Below are positions 40,609 through 50,054 of a DNA stretch of 64,000 bases, piece after piece. The first letter of the stretch is position 1. Each line of letters opens with the position of its first letter. Position numbers and translations under genes: made by a program. The notes beneath the pieces are model-generated. The model worked only from the letters and a program-made list of their open reading frames with translations. It was not told the origin of the DNA and did no database searches. This DNA comes from a virus. The stretch is taken from the IMG/VR virus record IMGVR_UViG_3300025138_000032, positions 5,688 through 69,687 of that record. The stretch is one strand, 5' to 3'.

Positions 40609-41011
40609 CTTATTAGAATCAGTAAAAGACTTAGTAGAAATAACATTTCCTGAAAAGGACGACTTCTTAAAGATAAGAGAAACACTATCTAGAATTGGTG
40701 TAGCGTCTCGAAAAGAGAAAGAACTCTTTCAGTCATGTCATATACTACACAAAAGAGGCAAGTATTACATTGTCCACTTCAAAGAGTTATTCAAACTCGA
40801 TGGCAAACAAACAAACTTTGACGAATCAGATGTCGCTAGACGAAACACTATTGTCGATTTATTAAGACAATGGAACCTTGTCAAGGTACTTGACTCGAAG
40901 AGAATAGAAGAGCCTAGAGCGCCACTTTCTCAAATTAAGGTTATACCTTATAAAGAAAAGAACCAGTGGAAACTCACACAAAAATACTCTATAGGCACTA
41001 ACATAAACTAA
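40601..41011 (+). CDS. regA: Translational repressor RegA
   Basis: DDFLKIRETLSRIG and QSCHILHKRGKYYIVHFKELF. Confidence 0.97.
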   Translation: MDDLLESVKDLVEITFPEKDDFLKIRETLSRIGVASRKEKELFQSCHILHKRGKYYIVHFKELFKLDGKQTNFDESDVARRNTIVDLLRQWNLVKVLDSKRIEEPRAPLSQIKVIPYKEKNQWKLTQKYSIGTNIN

Positions 41012-41050
41012 ATACCCTTGTTATAAATCAATTAATAACAGGAGTATTAT

Positions 41051-41224
41051 ATGTTGGAATTTCTTCAATGGATAATTGCTTGGGTACAAGTGTTACCTTG
41101 GTTAGTAATGGGTGCATCTTTAGTTGCAGCTCTTACACCTACACCAGTTGATGATGGCATAGTCAAGAAAGCTTACAAAGTACTTGATTGGGTCGCATTA
41201 AATGTTGGAAAAGCAAAGGACTAA
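41051..41224 (+). CDS. Small membrane protein (holin-like, TPTPxDD family), not in the ORF track
   Basis: 57 aa, MLEFLQW...AALTPTPVDDG...ALNVGKAKD; SD AGGAG. Confidence 0.7.
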   Translation: MLEFLQWIIAWVQVLPWLVMGASLVAALTPTPVDDGIVKKAYKVLDWVALNVGKAKD

Positions 41225-41303
41225 AAAGTTCTATAAAAACCCCCTTTACAAATTAGCGAAACTTCGATATACTGGAGACTCATAATTTCAATAGGAGTAT
41301 ATT

Positions 41304-41591
41304 ATGGAATACGCAATTGCAATTGTAGTGTTATTTGTTATTGTTTACGCTTATCTCAATAGAGATGAAAGTGGTACTACAACTTCATCGGCTCCTGCTC
41401 CGGTTTCAAGACCAAGAGTAGTAAAGTCTAATGTTGCAGATAAAAACAATAATGGTGTTACATCTAAGGCTGAACTTAAGACATTAACTAAGGTTCAACT
41501 ATTAGAACTTGCTGACAAACAATCACTGAAAGTTAAAAGAAGTGGTTCTAAAGCAGCTGTAATCAACGAGATACACTCGCAATTAAAGTAA
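41304..41591 (+). CDS. Membrane-anchored protein with C-terminal Rho-N/HeH-like helical motif
   Basis: N-terminal TM; LTKVQLLELA...KAAVI. Confidence 0.6.
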   Translation: MEYAIAIVVLFVIVYAYLNRDESGTTTSSAPAPVSRPRVVKSNVADKNNNGVTSKAELKTLTKVQLLELADKQSLKVKRSGSKAAVINEIHSQLK

Positions 41592-41610
41592 GTCCTCACA
41601 AGGACACTTA

Positions 41611-41638
41611 AAGGGACTCATCTGAGTCCCTTTTTTTT
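41611..41638 (+). terminator. Rho-independent terminator
   Basis: GGGACTCA-tc-TGAGTCCC followed by a T-run. Confidence 0.88.
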
Positions 41639-41673
41639 AGCCTACATGAAAGTCTATTTGTATAAATAACAGT

Positions 41674-41970
41674 ATGGAAGAGATTTTTAATCTAATAGGT
41701 GAAGTGGGTGCCCCAATTGCAGGTAGTCTGTTAATGGGCTTTTTCATCTTTATAGTCATCAAACAGATACTAGAAGGTGTAGTAGATTCAATAGCAACTC
41801 TAACAATATTTTGTGTTTCGCTAGAGAATCGTGCAAGAACCATGTCAAACGAAATGATTAAGATAGACCTGTTAGTTTCATCAGCGTTGGAATTAAGACC
41901 AGACATAGAACGCATCGCTAGAGCAGAAAATTTCATAGAAGACGAAAAACTAGATGTAAGGAGAGATTGA
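41674..41970 (+). CDS. Small membrane protein (first of a related pair heading the curli operon)
   Basis: N-terminal GxPI TM helix plus coiled coil. Confidence 0.65.
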   Translation: MEEIFNLIGEVGAPIAGSLLMGFFIFIVIKQILEGVVDSIATLTIFCVSLENRARTMSNEMIKIDLLVSSALELRPDIERIARAENFIEDEKLDVRRD

Positions 41971-42239
41971 TGGATATCGCTCAAATTATATCTGATTACG
42001 GATTCCCAATAGTCATGTCAGTGGGACTTGGCTATTTCATATATTACATTTGGTGGTTTGTAGGCGAAAAACTAGAACCCGAAATTGAAAAGATGCATTT
42101 TCAATTAATTAAAGTAATAGACCAAACAAGAATGTTAGACCAAGATTTGATAAGATTACAACAGAAAGTTGATGTAGTTTTAGAAATGAAGGAGAATATG
42201 AAAGTACAAAGGTTACAAGAAGAGGCGAAACGAAAATGA
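41967..42239 (+). CDS. Small membrane protein (second of the pair; YvrJ/BhlA-like GFPI motif)
   Basis: ISDYGFPIVMSVGLGYF plus coiled coil. Confidence 0.65.
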   Translation: MMDIAQIISDYGFPIVMSVGLGYFIYYIWWFVGEKLEPEIEKMHFQLIKVIDQTRMLDQDLIRLQQKVDVVLEMKENMKVQRLQEEAKRK

Positions 42240-42727
42240 ACAAATATCTACTTACATTAATACTACTCGGTGGAATACTTTTTATGAGCGCTCTAAGTGC
42301 TGATATAAAACACAAATTTAAGAACCCTAGTTTCAGTGGAATAGGTACAGCATCACATTACCTAACCGTTGAGAACCAAGAGTTCACAAGAAAAAAAGAA
42401 ATAGAAGATGCACTTGAATCTGCTAGAAAGGCAGCTGAAAGGGCAGAAGATAATACAACCATGGCCAAATTTATTCGGAATCTAGAATCACGAATTTATG
42501 CACAAATGGCTAAACAATTAGTTGAGTCTATGTTTTCGAATGACGGTTCAGTTAGATTTGGTTCATTCAGTTTAGAGGGTAATGTTGTCACATATGAAGT
42601 GATAACTAACGAAGATGGTTCAGAATTTATACGAATGACAATTGTTGATTCCGATGGAACAGAAACAATTTTAGAAATACCAATCGGAACAGGAAACTTT
42701 GGACAAGACTCAGATGGCACTGGTTAA
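42236..42727 (+). CDS. csgF: Curli assembly protein CsgF
   Basis: Signal peptide, FKNPSFSG, F.RNLESRIYAQ...; immediately precedes csgG. Confidence 0.85.
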   Translation: MNKYLLTLILLGGILFMSALSADIKHKFKNPSFSGIGTASHYLTVENQEFTRKKEIEDALESARKAAERAEDNTTMAKFIRNLESRIYAQMAKQLVESMFSNDGSVRFGSFSLEGNVVTYEVITNEDGSEFIRMTIVDSDGTETILEIPIGTGNFGQDSDGTG

Positions 42728-43682
42728 ATATTTACTTACCGGCGTAATTTTACTATCTGGATGTGCATCTGTTCCAAAGTGGTCAGACAACCCAGCAGAT
42801 TGTGCCTATGAGACAGGAAGATTTGATGAGGGTTTCGGCAGAGATGTTGTCACAGGTGTCGCAAAGGCTTGGTCTAGAAATTACATATGTGTGGAAAATG
42901 CTACTGTAGTTAATCTTCCTTCACATTTAGAACTACTTAATTTGCCTAAGGCAAAAGATAGACCTACTGTTGCAGTTTATAACTTTGTGGACAAAACAGG
43001 ACAGAGAAAATCAGAAGATAATCTTGCATCATTCTCTACTGCTGTGACACAAGGTGCAACCGAAATGGTTATTGATGCACTTAAAACGGCAGGTAAAGGA
43101 ACATGGTTCAGAGTTGTTGAAAGGTCTGGCATAGACAACTTGGTAAGAGAGAGACAAATTATTCGTTCTGCTAGACAAGACTTTGCTAAACAACAAGGCG
43201 AAGAGAAGTTTCAAAATTTACAACCCTTACTATTCGCAGGTATGATAATAGAGGGTGGTATAATAGGTTATGATTCCAATTTATTAACTGGTGGTCGAGG
43301 CGCAAGGACACTAGGAATTGGAGTTAGTAGACAGTATCGTCAAGATGCTGTCACGGTTAGTATGAGAGCTGTTTCAGTTCTAACAGGTGAAGTATTATTG
43401 AATGTCCAAACAAGAAAGACTATCCTTTCTTATGGTTCAGGCGGCGATGTATTCCGATTCATTGAAGAAGGAACACAATTGCTAGAGTTCGAGGACGGAG
43501 TGGGTAATAATGAGTCAGTGACATATGCAGTACGAACAGCTATCGAGGCTGCCGTACTGGAATTAATCTACCAAGGACATGATAGGGGTTTTTGGAAAAT
43601 CGAGGAAAATCATAGACACCCACACAATAGTGATGGTGTAAATGATTTACACTCATTAAAAGGAGAAGAAGAAAATGAATAA
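42714..43682 (+). CDS. csgG: Curli secretion channel lipoprotein CsgG
   Basis: Lipobox LSGC; VAVYNFVDKTGQRK, FSTAVTQGA, WFRVVER, ERQIIR and EGGIIGYDSN. Confidence 0.93.
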   Translation: MALVKYLLTGVILLSGCASVPKWSDNPADCAYETGRFDEGFGRDVVTGVAKAWSRNYICVENATVVNLPSHLELLNLPKAKDRPTVAVYNFVDKTGQRKSEDNLASFSTAVTQGATEMVIDALKTAGKGTWFRVVERSGIDNLVRERQIIRSARQDFAKQQGEEKFQNLQPLLFAGMIIEGGIIGYDSNLLTGGRGARTLGIGVSRQYRQDAVTVSMRAVSVLTGEVLLNVQTRKTILSYGSGGDVFRFIEEGTQLLEFEDGVGNNESVTYAVRTAIEAAVLELIYQGHDRGFWKIEENHRHPHNSDGVNDLHSLKGEEENE

Positions 43683-44409
43683 AATTTTAAGTATTTTATT
43701 ACTAATGTCGACACCATTCGTTTTCGCAGCTGCAACTGATGATAATGAGATTATGATAACACAAGTTGGTGATACTCTAAAATTATATGTTGACCAAGTT
43801 GGTTTTGGTAACAAAGTGGGATTGAACAACTTTTCAAGTGGTTCTGGTTCAAACATGACCATTACTGGTGTGACTTTGGATTTCAACATAGATATGATAG
43901 GTAACAAGAACTTGTTATTCGGACCTCTCGTTGCCGATACATCTAACTATACTTTATTGATGACTGGTGACTCTAACTCTATTGACTGGAACATAGGTTC
44001 TACAGGTAGTTCAGACGATTCAGATATCAATTTCAACATGACCGGCGATTCGAATACATTCGATTTAGACCAAGGTTCTGTTGCAAGTGCAGAGAGATTA
44101 AATGCGGATTTAGTTATCATCGGAAGTAGTAATGTTTTTGATGTTGATTGGGAATCAGATGATATCACATGGAATTTCGATGTGACTGGTTCTAGTTCTA
44201 ATATCAACACATTGCAGAAAGATGGTTCACAAACACTTAATTTTGATTTTACAGGAGACAGCGCTGATGTTGATATCACTCAGATATCAGGCACATGTGC
44301 AGCTTCTGGCGGAGGGTGTGCAACACCTAATGCAAATGTCAATCTTAATGTAAATAGTGACAATGCGATTATTCAGATTACACAAAAAGATTCAAACAGC
44401 GATAGTTAG
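43675..44409 (+). CDS. Secreted curlin-like beta-solenoid protein
   Basis: Signal peptide; NxxxIxQxG and GxSN repeats. Confidence 0.7.
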   Translation: MNKILSILLLMSTPFVFAAATDDNEIMITQVGDTLKLYVDQVGFGNKVGLNNFSSGSGSNMTITGVTLDFNIDMIGNKNLLFGPLVADTSNYTLLMTGDSNSIDWNIGSTGSSDDSDINFNMTGDSNTFDLDQGSVASAERLNADLVIIGSSNVFDVDWESDDITWNFDVTGSSSNINTLQKDGSQTLNFDFTGDSADVDITQISGTCAASGGGCATPNANVNLNVNSDNAIIQITQKDSNSDS

Positions 44410-45514
44410 TTTCTTTTTACTATTCGCTGGTGGGTTCAGTTCTGCTGAACCCATTGGCGGTGTAATTGAATCTACAGGTGTTACATCTGTAAAAAGAGAG
44501 CAGGACAGAATTCTAACAGATGTCGGTACAGACATCAACATGTATGATGAAGCAGAGACTGCCAATGGTCGTATGCTCATACAATTCTTAGATAATGAAA
44601 AATTGAGTTTAACAGAAAACTCACTCGTTTACATAGACGAGGCATATTACGACCCCGACCCAAGTTTATCCAAAATGTCAATACGAATGGCACGAGGCAC
44701 AGCACGATTCGCCTCGGGTGGTGGTTCAAGAATTAAAAAACAAAATGTAGATGTATCTACTCCTACAGCCAATATCACAATGAGAGGGACAGATTTTACA
44801 ACCACCATTGATGAGTTGGGAAGGACTATGGTAATCTTACTTCCGGATGAAGAGACAGGTGAATCATCTGGAGAAATACTAGTTTATAATGACGGTGGTG
44901 AAACCGTTTTAAATCAACCATATCAGGCAACTACTGTTGCATCGTATGATTCACCACCAACTACAGCAGTCACGGTTCAAGGTATTACGCCGAATCTGAT
45001 TGACAATATGTTTATCGTAAATCCACCTTCGGAAATACGACAGGCGATGGAAGAATCCTATCAAGATGAAAATTATGATGACCAGGGTTTATTAGATGTA
45101 GACTTCTTAGAGTTCAATGAACTTGAGGGAGATGCTTTGGCCGATACGACTGAAGATTTATCATTTTCAGAGTTGGACATAGATTATTTGGATGTGGATT
45201 TTTTACAAGACTTATTAGATGTTATAGAAGAATTAGAGAGAACCACGGTATCGTTAGGTTCCAGAGGTGGTTCAAGTACTGAATTAGCTGGGTTTGCACT
45301 TAAAGGTGCATCACCAGGTTTCAACAAAGATTCTCAGTTTAATGTTTTCGAACAAGACGGAGACCTAGTTTTCTTTCGTGATGTCCAAGGAGTCATAAAT
45401 ATAATTATAACAAGTGGTGGTTCGGGCATTGTAGATGCCGAAGTTCCAGGATATTCAGGTGTCATGACATTTGGAGATGGAGATGGAATTACAATTGTTA
45501 TACGACAAGACTAA
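44357..45514 (+). CDS. FecR-domain periplasmic protein
   Basis: Signal/TM; T.NGR..I.F.D...L.ENS and TPTANITMRGTDF. Confidence 0.82.
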   Translation: MTMRLFRLHKKIQTAIVSFFLLFAGGFSSAEPIGGVIESTGVTSVKREQDRILTDVGTDINMYDEAETANGRMLIQFLDNEKLSLTENSLVYIDEAYYDPDPSLSKMSIRMARGTARFASGGGSRIKKQNVDVSTPTANITMRGTDFTTTIDELGRTMVILLPDEETGESSGEILVYNDGGETVLNQPYQATTVASYDSPPTTAVTVQGITPNLIDNMFIVNPPSEIRQAMEESYQDENYDDQGLLDVDFLEFNELEGDALADTTEDLSFSELDIDYLDVDFLQDLLDVIEELERTTVSLGSRGGSSTELAGFALKGASPGFNKDSQFNVFEQDGDLVFFRDVQGVINIIITSGGSGIVDAEVPGYSGVMTFGDGDGITIVIRQD

Positions 45515-45523
45515 GGAGAGATT

Positions 45524-45680
45524 TATGAACATAAATATTGACTTTACTAAACTAAGACAATGGCATGAAAACATTACATGGGAAGTTGCCGATTTTTTTG
45601 GTTTAGATGAATATGAAATGTTATGGGTGTCATACACCGAGGGATTAATTTTAGGATTATTATTATGGTGGATTTTTTAA
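45524..45680 (+). CDS. Small membrane protein
   Basis: SD AAGGAG; C-terminal hydrophobic stretch. Confidence 0.55.
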
Positions 45681-46327
45681 AAAGAACATTTATTGTAGGG
45701 GCATTTATTTTGATAAGTGGCCTTACTTTTGCTGACGACAATCATGTTCATGTCGAACAAGTAGCTAGTGGAGATAACTTAAATTTAAACATAACACAAA
45801 TAGGTTATGATAACGAAATAAACTTCACTGTAGGACATTCTGGTAATGTATTCAACTTAATTCAAAACGGTAATGGAAATTACATTGGTTGGGTATCTTA
45901 TTGGGGTTCAGGTAAAGCATGGGGTGGTGATATTGATGGAACAGATAATACTGAAAACATAGAACAATGGAATGGTGCAACATATGGCCGTCACATATTG
46001 GGAAATAATAATGAAGTAGATGTCTATCAGAATGGTTCACATACTCATTGGTTAGATATACATATAGATGATGCTGACCATGATGCACATCAATCTGGAA
46101 CAGGAAGTCATTACGCACATACATATTACTATGGCACTCAAGACGGTTCTGTTGCTAGCATTATGCAGAAAGATACAGGAAGTCATAACGCACAAATAAC
46201 ACTTACAGGCAGTCAACCAACAACACTTAATTTATTACAACAAGGCGCAACCAATAAGTCTTACAATCTAACTCAAAATTGTATGACTGTTGGAGGGTGT
46301 ACAGTATCGGTGACTCAAAGTGACTGA
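45665..46327 (+). CDS. Secreted curlin-like repeat protein (CsgA/CsgB-like)
   Basis: Signal peptide; repeats NHVHVEQ, NITQIGYDN, LIQNGNGN, VYQNGSH and LLQQG. Confidence 0.72.
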   Translation: MVDFLKRTFIVGAFILISGLTFADDNHVHVEQVASGDNLNLNITQIGYDNEINFTVGHSGNVFNLIQNGNGNYIGWVSYWGSGKAWGGDIDGTDNTENIEQWNGATYGRHILGNNNEVDVYQNGSHTHWLDIHIDDADHDAHQSGTGSHYAHTYYYGTQDGSVASIMQKDTGSHNAQITLTGSQPTTLNLLQQGATNKSYNLTQNCMTVGGCTVSVTQSD

Positions 46328-46586
46328 ATGTCCAGAAGAGTATTATCATTGTCTCAGTGAAAACGAATATGAAGAGTGGATCACACTTCTAGAAGATAAT
46401 GAATTAGAAATGCCTGAATCACTTGCACCATTAGGTGACGGTGAAGCTGCAGCTAACTTTGTTTGGAATGTTCTTTTCTTGTCACCAGTAGAATTATTCT
46501 ATATCGGAATATCAATGTCCGTACTTGCATTCTATGGACTCTCTATATACTATATGTACAAAAAAATACAGAAGAAATTTTCATGA
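46320..46586 (+). CDS. Small membrane protein
   Basis: C-terminal TM helix. Confidence 0.6.
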   Translation: MTECPEEYYHCLSENEYEEWITLLEDNELEMPESLAPLGDGEAAANFVWNVLFLSPVELFYIGISMSVLAFYGLSIYYMYKKIQKKFS

Positions 46587-46741
46587 GTCAAGAACGAGTT
46601 ATAAAAGAAGTCAACGAGTATCGTAAAAAGAAGAAACAACAACAATGGTCTCAAGCCTGGAATGTTATTCTTGCCACATCTTTGCTATTAGTATGTCTTT
46701 ACATATTTTTCTTTGCGTGGCCAACAGTTGAACAAGTTTAG
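46583..46741 (+). CDS. Small membrane protein
   Basis: MSQERVIKE...WNVILATSLLLVCLYIFFFAWP. Confidence 0.5.
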   Translation: MSQERVIKEVNEYRKKKKQQQWSQAWNVILATSLLLVCLYIFFFAWPTVEQV

Positions 46742-46788
46742 AAAATACAGATTAGTCGAGTGGAAAAAAGGTAATCTGATAGACATCT

Positions 46789-48630
46789 ATGTATAATTGG
46801 AAAACAGTTTTAATAACCATAGTCGCCCTAGTGGGTATAAAGATATGGTCGCCCTATCTAATAGACAATGTTAGATGGTCTTACTTCGATGTTCTACATC
46901 AACAAAAAGAAAAGGTGATAGTAGATAACATTCTACTAGTCAACATCGATGAGAAGGCAATAGAGAAGTATGGTCAGTATCCTTTCCCTAGAAATATATA
47001 CGCAGACACATTATGGGAAACTCATTTCTCAAACACTCATGTATTCAACATACTCTTTGCAGAGAAAGATAGATTTGGTGGAGATGAACTCTTTGCAGAG
47101 GCATTAGAAAACAGACTAACTATATTATCTTCATCGCCCACAATACAAAAAGAATCTGGTAATGCACCATTCGTAAACACCTCAGTATTTGGTGATGGTG
47201 ATATACAAGACCATGTGTGGAACTTTCCAGGTCTAGTATCGCCAATCCCGGAACTACAAAACAGTGCTTGGGGCATGGGCGTGACAGTTGCCACACCACC
47301 TGTGGCGAATACACCTAATTTTGACGGAACAAACAGAGCGGTTCCGCTAGTCATCCAGGCAAATGGTCAATTATATCCAAGTTTAGGATTCGAAGTTCTC
47401 AGAGCATACTATGACCAACCCAATTATCAAACTAGGGTAACTGCTGATGCCGGTATTGAGTGGGTTAAAATGGGCAGAGATAAACCAATAGAGACCACAT
47501 CAAGCGCTGACTTGATGGTATCGTATTGGAACGAATTCGAGTCTATCTCGTTCGCAGACTTAAGAGAATCTAATTTAGAGAATAAGATTCTAGTCTATGG
47601 ATTAACCGCTGAGGGGTTATCTATTCCAGTTTCAACCCCAATGGGTGTAATGTATCCCCACGAAGTTCAAGCACACCTAATCCAAACCGTTTCGTCAGGA
47701 GTTCAAATACATGTATCCGACTATCTTGAATTCGTAGAAACCGTTCTTCTTCTGATAGTCCTTCTAGGAATACTGGTATCGGTCTACAGACTTCCCACAG
47801 CCTACTCGGCGATAGTTTCAGTAGGTTTCGTAGTACTTCAGGTGGGAGGGAGTTATTATATGTGGTCTTACAATCTCGTTCTTTTCGATATTTTCTGGTC
47901 ATCGTTAAGCTCCGTTGTGGTTTTTGGTCATGCGTCCTTCAACAAATACTATGTAACTTTCCAAGAAAAGCAACAAATAAAGAAGCAGTTCCAAAAGTAT
48001 TTATCTCCTGACATGATTGAGGAACTACAAAAAGACCCTTCTAAATTAAGATTAGGGGGAGATAGAAAAGAAATGACCTTCATGTTTATGGACATAATCG
48101 GATTCACTCCCATAAGCGAACACTACATGCAACAAGACAATCCGGAAGGTCTAGTAGAACTCATCAACAAGTTTTTAGACATGCAGACTAAGATAATTCT
48201 AAATAATAGTGGTACCATAGATAAGTATATGGGGGACTGCATAATGAGTTTTTGGAATGCACCACTTGATTGTGAAAACCACGCAGACCTTGCCGTAAAA
48301 TCAGCACTAGAAGTTCTAGATGCAACAAAGGAATTAAATGAAGAACTTAAACCTCTTAACCTGCCTCCTATTAATGTGGGCATCGGTATCAGTTCAGGCG
48401 AATGCATCGTTGGAAACATGGGGTCAGAACTTAGATTTGACTATTCCGTCATTGGAGATGCCGTCAACCTTGGTGCTAGACTCGAAGGCCAAACAAGAAA
48501 TTACGATGGGGTGGACTTGTTGTTATCGGAAAGAACTTATCAACTATGTCCAGACAGAGCATTCACTAAAGTTGATAGGATTACAGTTAAAGGAAAATCA
48601 GAACAAGTCACAATATACACTCCAGTCTGA
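46789..48630 (+). CDS. CHASE2-domain class III adenylate/guanylate cyclase
   Basis: CHASE2 (VNIDEKAIEKYGQYPFPR), TM helices, FMDIIGFT, DKYMGD and YSVIGDAVNLGARLEG. Confidence 0.93.
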   Translation: MYNWKTVLITIVALVGIKIWSPYLIDNVRWSYFDVLHQQKEKVIVDNILLVNIDEKAIEKYGQYPFPRNIYADTLWETHFSNTHVFNILFAEKDRFGGDELFAEALENRLTILSSSPTIQKESGNAPFVNTSVFGDGDIQDHVWNFPGLVSPIPELQNSAWGMGVTVATPPVANTPNFDGTNRAVPLVIQANGQLYPSLGFEVLRAYYDQPNYQTRVTADAGIEWVKMGRDKPIETTSSADLMVSYWNEFESISFADLRESNLENKILVYGLTAEGLSIPVSTPMGVMYPHEVQAHLIQTVSSGVQIHVSDYLEFVETVLLLIVLLGILVSVYRLPTAYSAIVSVGFVVLQVGGSYYMWSYNLVLFDIFWSSLSSVVVFGHASFNKYYVTFQEKQQIKKQFQKYLSPDMIEELQKDPSKLRLGGDRKEMTFMFMDIIGFTPISEHYMQQDNPEGLVELINKFLDMQTKIILNNSGTIDKYMGDCIMSFWNAPLDCENHADLAVKSALEVLDATKELNEELKPLNLPPINVGIGISSGECIVGNMGSELRFDYSVIGDAVNLGARLEGQTRNYDGVDLLLSERTYQLCPDRAFTKVDRITVKGKSEQVTIYTPV

Positions 48631-48913
48631 TACTGATAACCGTGACTGGTTGGTGTTTTATACCGTTCAGATACTAGATATACATTCTACCACACAAGGT
48701 CTAAAGTATAGTTGTATTTATGAAGCAAATCCACTTTTACCATCTGTTCCACATAGAGACCATCTCATATTACAAAAGGCAATCTTAATGCTTACAGTCT
48801 TCCGTCAAGAATATTGGCAAATGGAACAGATTAACGCATTGACTTTGTTTACTGGTGCAGTTGTTATAGAAAATAATAGAATAACTAATAAGGCAACTTG
48901 TCCTTTAAGATAA
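48631..48913 (+). CDS. DUF5658-like membrane protein, start unclear
   Basis: LDIHSTTQGL...EANPLL motif; the upstream part of the called ORF overlaps the cyclase. Confidence 0.4.
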
Positions 48914-48969
48914 AACCACCTATACATAACATGAGTAATGTTGTATAATTGTTACAACAGGAGTAAATC

Positions 48970-49191
48970 ATGCCAATCAAATTCGGACCAACAATAGTTA
49001 CTAAAGACAGAAACACTGGAAAAGTAACGACAAAAACAAATTACATTAAAAACTTATCAGTTGATGAACTCATCAAAGCTTATAACAAACCAGTCATACC
49101 TAAACTTCGTCAGAAAGTTAAGAATGAAATTGTTAGAAGAAATAAAGAGAAGTTGATAATTGAATTCGGACCGAAAACCGCAGAGGTTTAA
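48970..49191 (+). CDS. Small basic hypothetical protein
   Basis: SD AGGAG; 73 aa. Confidence 0.65.
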   Translation: MPIKFGPTIVTKDRNTGKVTTKTNYIKNLSVDELIKAYNKPVIPKLRQKVKNEIVRRNKEKLIIEFGPKTAEV

Positions 49192-49295
49192 AAAACACTA
49201 AATAATTGTGTGACATTTATGTGACAAAAGAGTGAGTAGATGGCAACATCGAAGACCAAGTTCACGGATAGTCCACAACATAACAGGAGATAACA

Positions 49296-49406
49296 ATGCA
49301 ACATTACGCATCATTATCTGCCGAGTATCTAACAACCTTCGCAGATAAATTCGACAACATGATGAAGTCAGGCACATTACTGAATATACTTTCAAAAAAC
49401 TGGTAA
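49296..49406 (+). CDS. 36-aa small protein, not in the ORF track
   Basis: Strong SD CAGGAG; MQHYASLSAEYLTTFADKFDNMMKSGTLLNILSKNW. Confidence 0.5.
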   Translation: MQHYASLSAEYLTTFADKFDNMMKSGTLLNILSKNW

Positions 49407-49424
49407 CATCTGTTATAAATAATA

Positions 49425-49559
49425 GTGTAGAGAGTTCTAGGTAGAGACAATCTATAAGACTGAACAGAAGGTCTTCGTGTAGTCACATTAAATCCTAGAT
49501 ACTTCTACACGCCTAATGCCCAATTGGGGTTAGGAATATAAACTTGCTTAATAAAGGAG
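49425..49559 (+). ncRNA. Structured hsp20 leader: multi-stem junction plus ROSE-like thermometer hairpin
   Basis: Closing stem GTGTAGA..TCTAGG / CCTAGA..TCTACAC with inner hairpins; CTTGCT can pair with the SD AAGGAG. Confidence 0.55.
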
Positions 49560-49565
49560 AAAACT

Positions 49566-50003
49566 ATGACAAGTAAACAGCTCGGAGACTTCGATGTCTT
49601 CAATTTCGGGAAATCATTCCCATTCGCAATCGGGTTCGACAGAACTCTTCAACTATTAGAAAGGGCTAATCAGTCACCGACTAATACAAACTATCCACCT
49701 TACAATATTGTAAAACACGATGCAGAGAACTTCAGTATCGAACTTGCATTAGCTGGATTTGATAAGAAAGACATCACAATCTCAAAAGAGAAAGAGGTTC
49801 TTAATATCGAAGGTAAACAGAAGGAAGGGGAAAACCTTGAGTATGTCCATAGAGGACTTGCATCTCGTTCATTCAAAAGAACATTCACACTTGCAGACGA
49901 TATAATCGTTAAAGGTGCAGATATGAAGAATGGTATTTTGAGTGTATCTTTAGAAAGGATTGTTCCCGAAGAAGATAAACCCCAAGAAATTAAGATTAAA
50001 TAA
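49566..50003 (+). CDS. hsp20: Small heat shock protein Hsp20 (IbpA-like)
   Basis: NYPPYNI, IELALAGF, HRGLASRSF and GILSVSLERIVPEE. Confidence 0.95.
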   Translation: MTSKQLGDFDVFNFGKSFPFAIGFDRTLQLLERANQSPTNTNYPPYNIVKHDAENFSIELALAGFDKKDITISKEKEVLNIEGKQKEGENLEYVHRGLASRSFKRTFTLADDIIVKGADMKNGILSVSLERIVPEEDKPQEIKIK

Positions 50004-50054
50004 TTTCGAAAACCCCCTTGCAAATTGGGCACTGATTTAGTATAATAAATGAGT

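Noticed and set aside
49206-49228. CRP box downstream of the cyclase
   Set aside because: The sequence is a TGTGA direct repeat, not the TGTGA-N6-TCACA palindrome; too weak to call.
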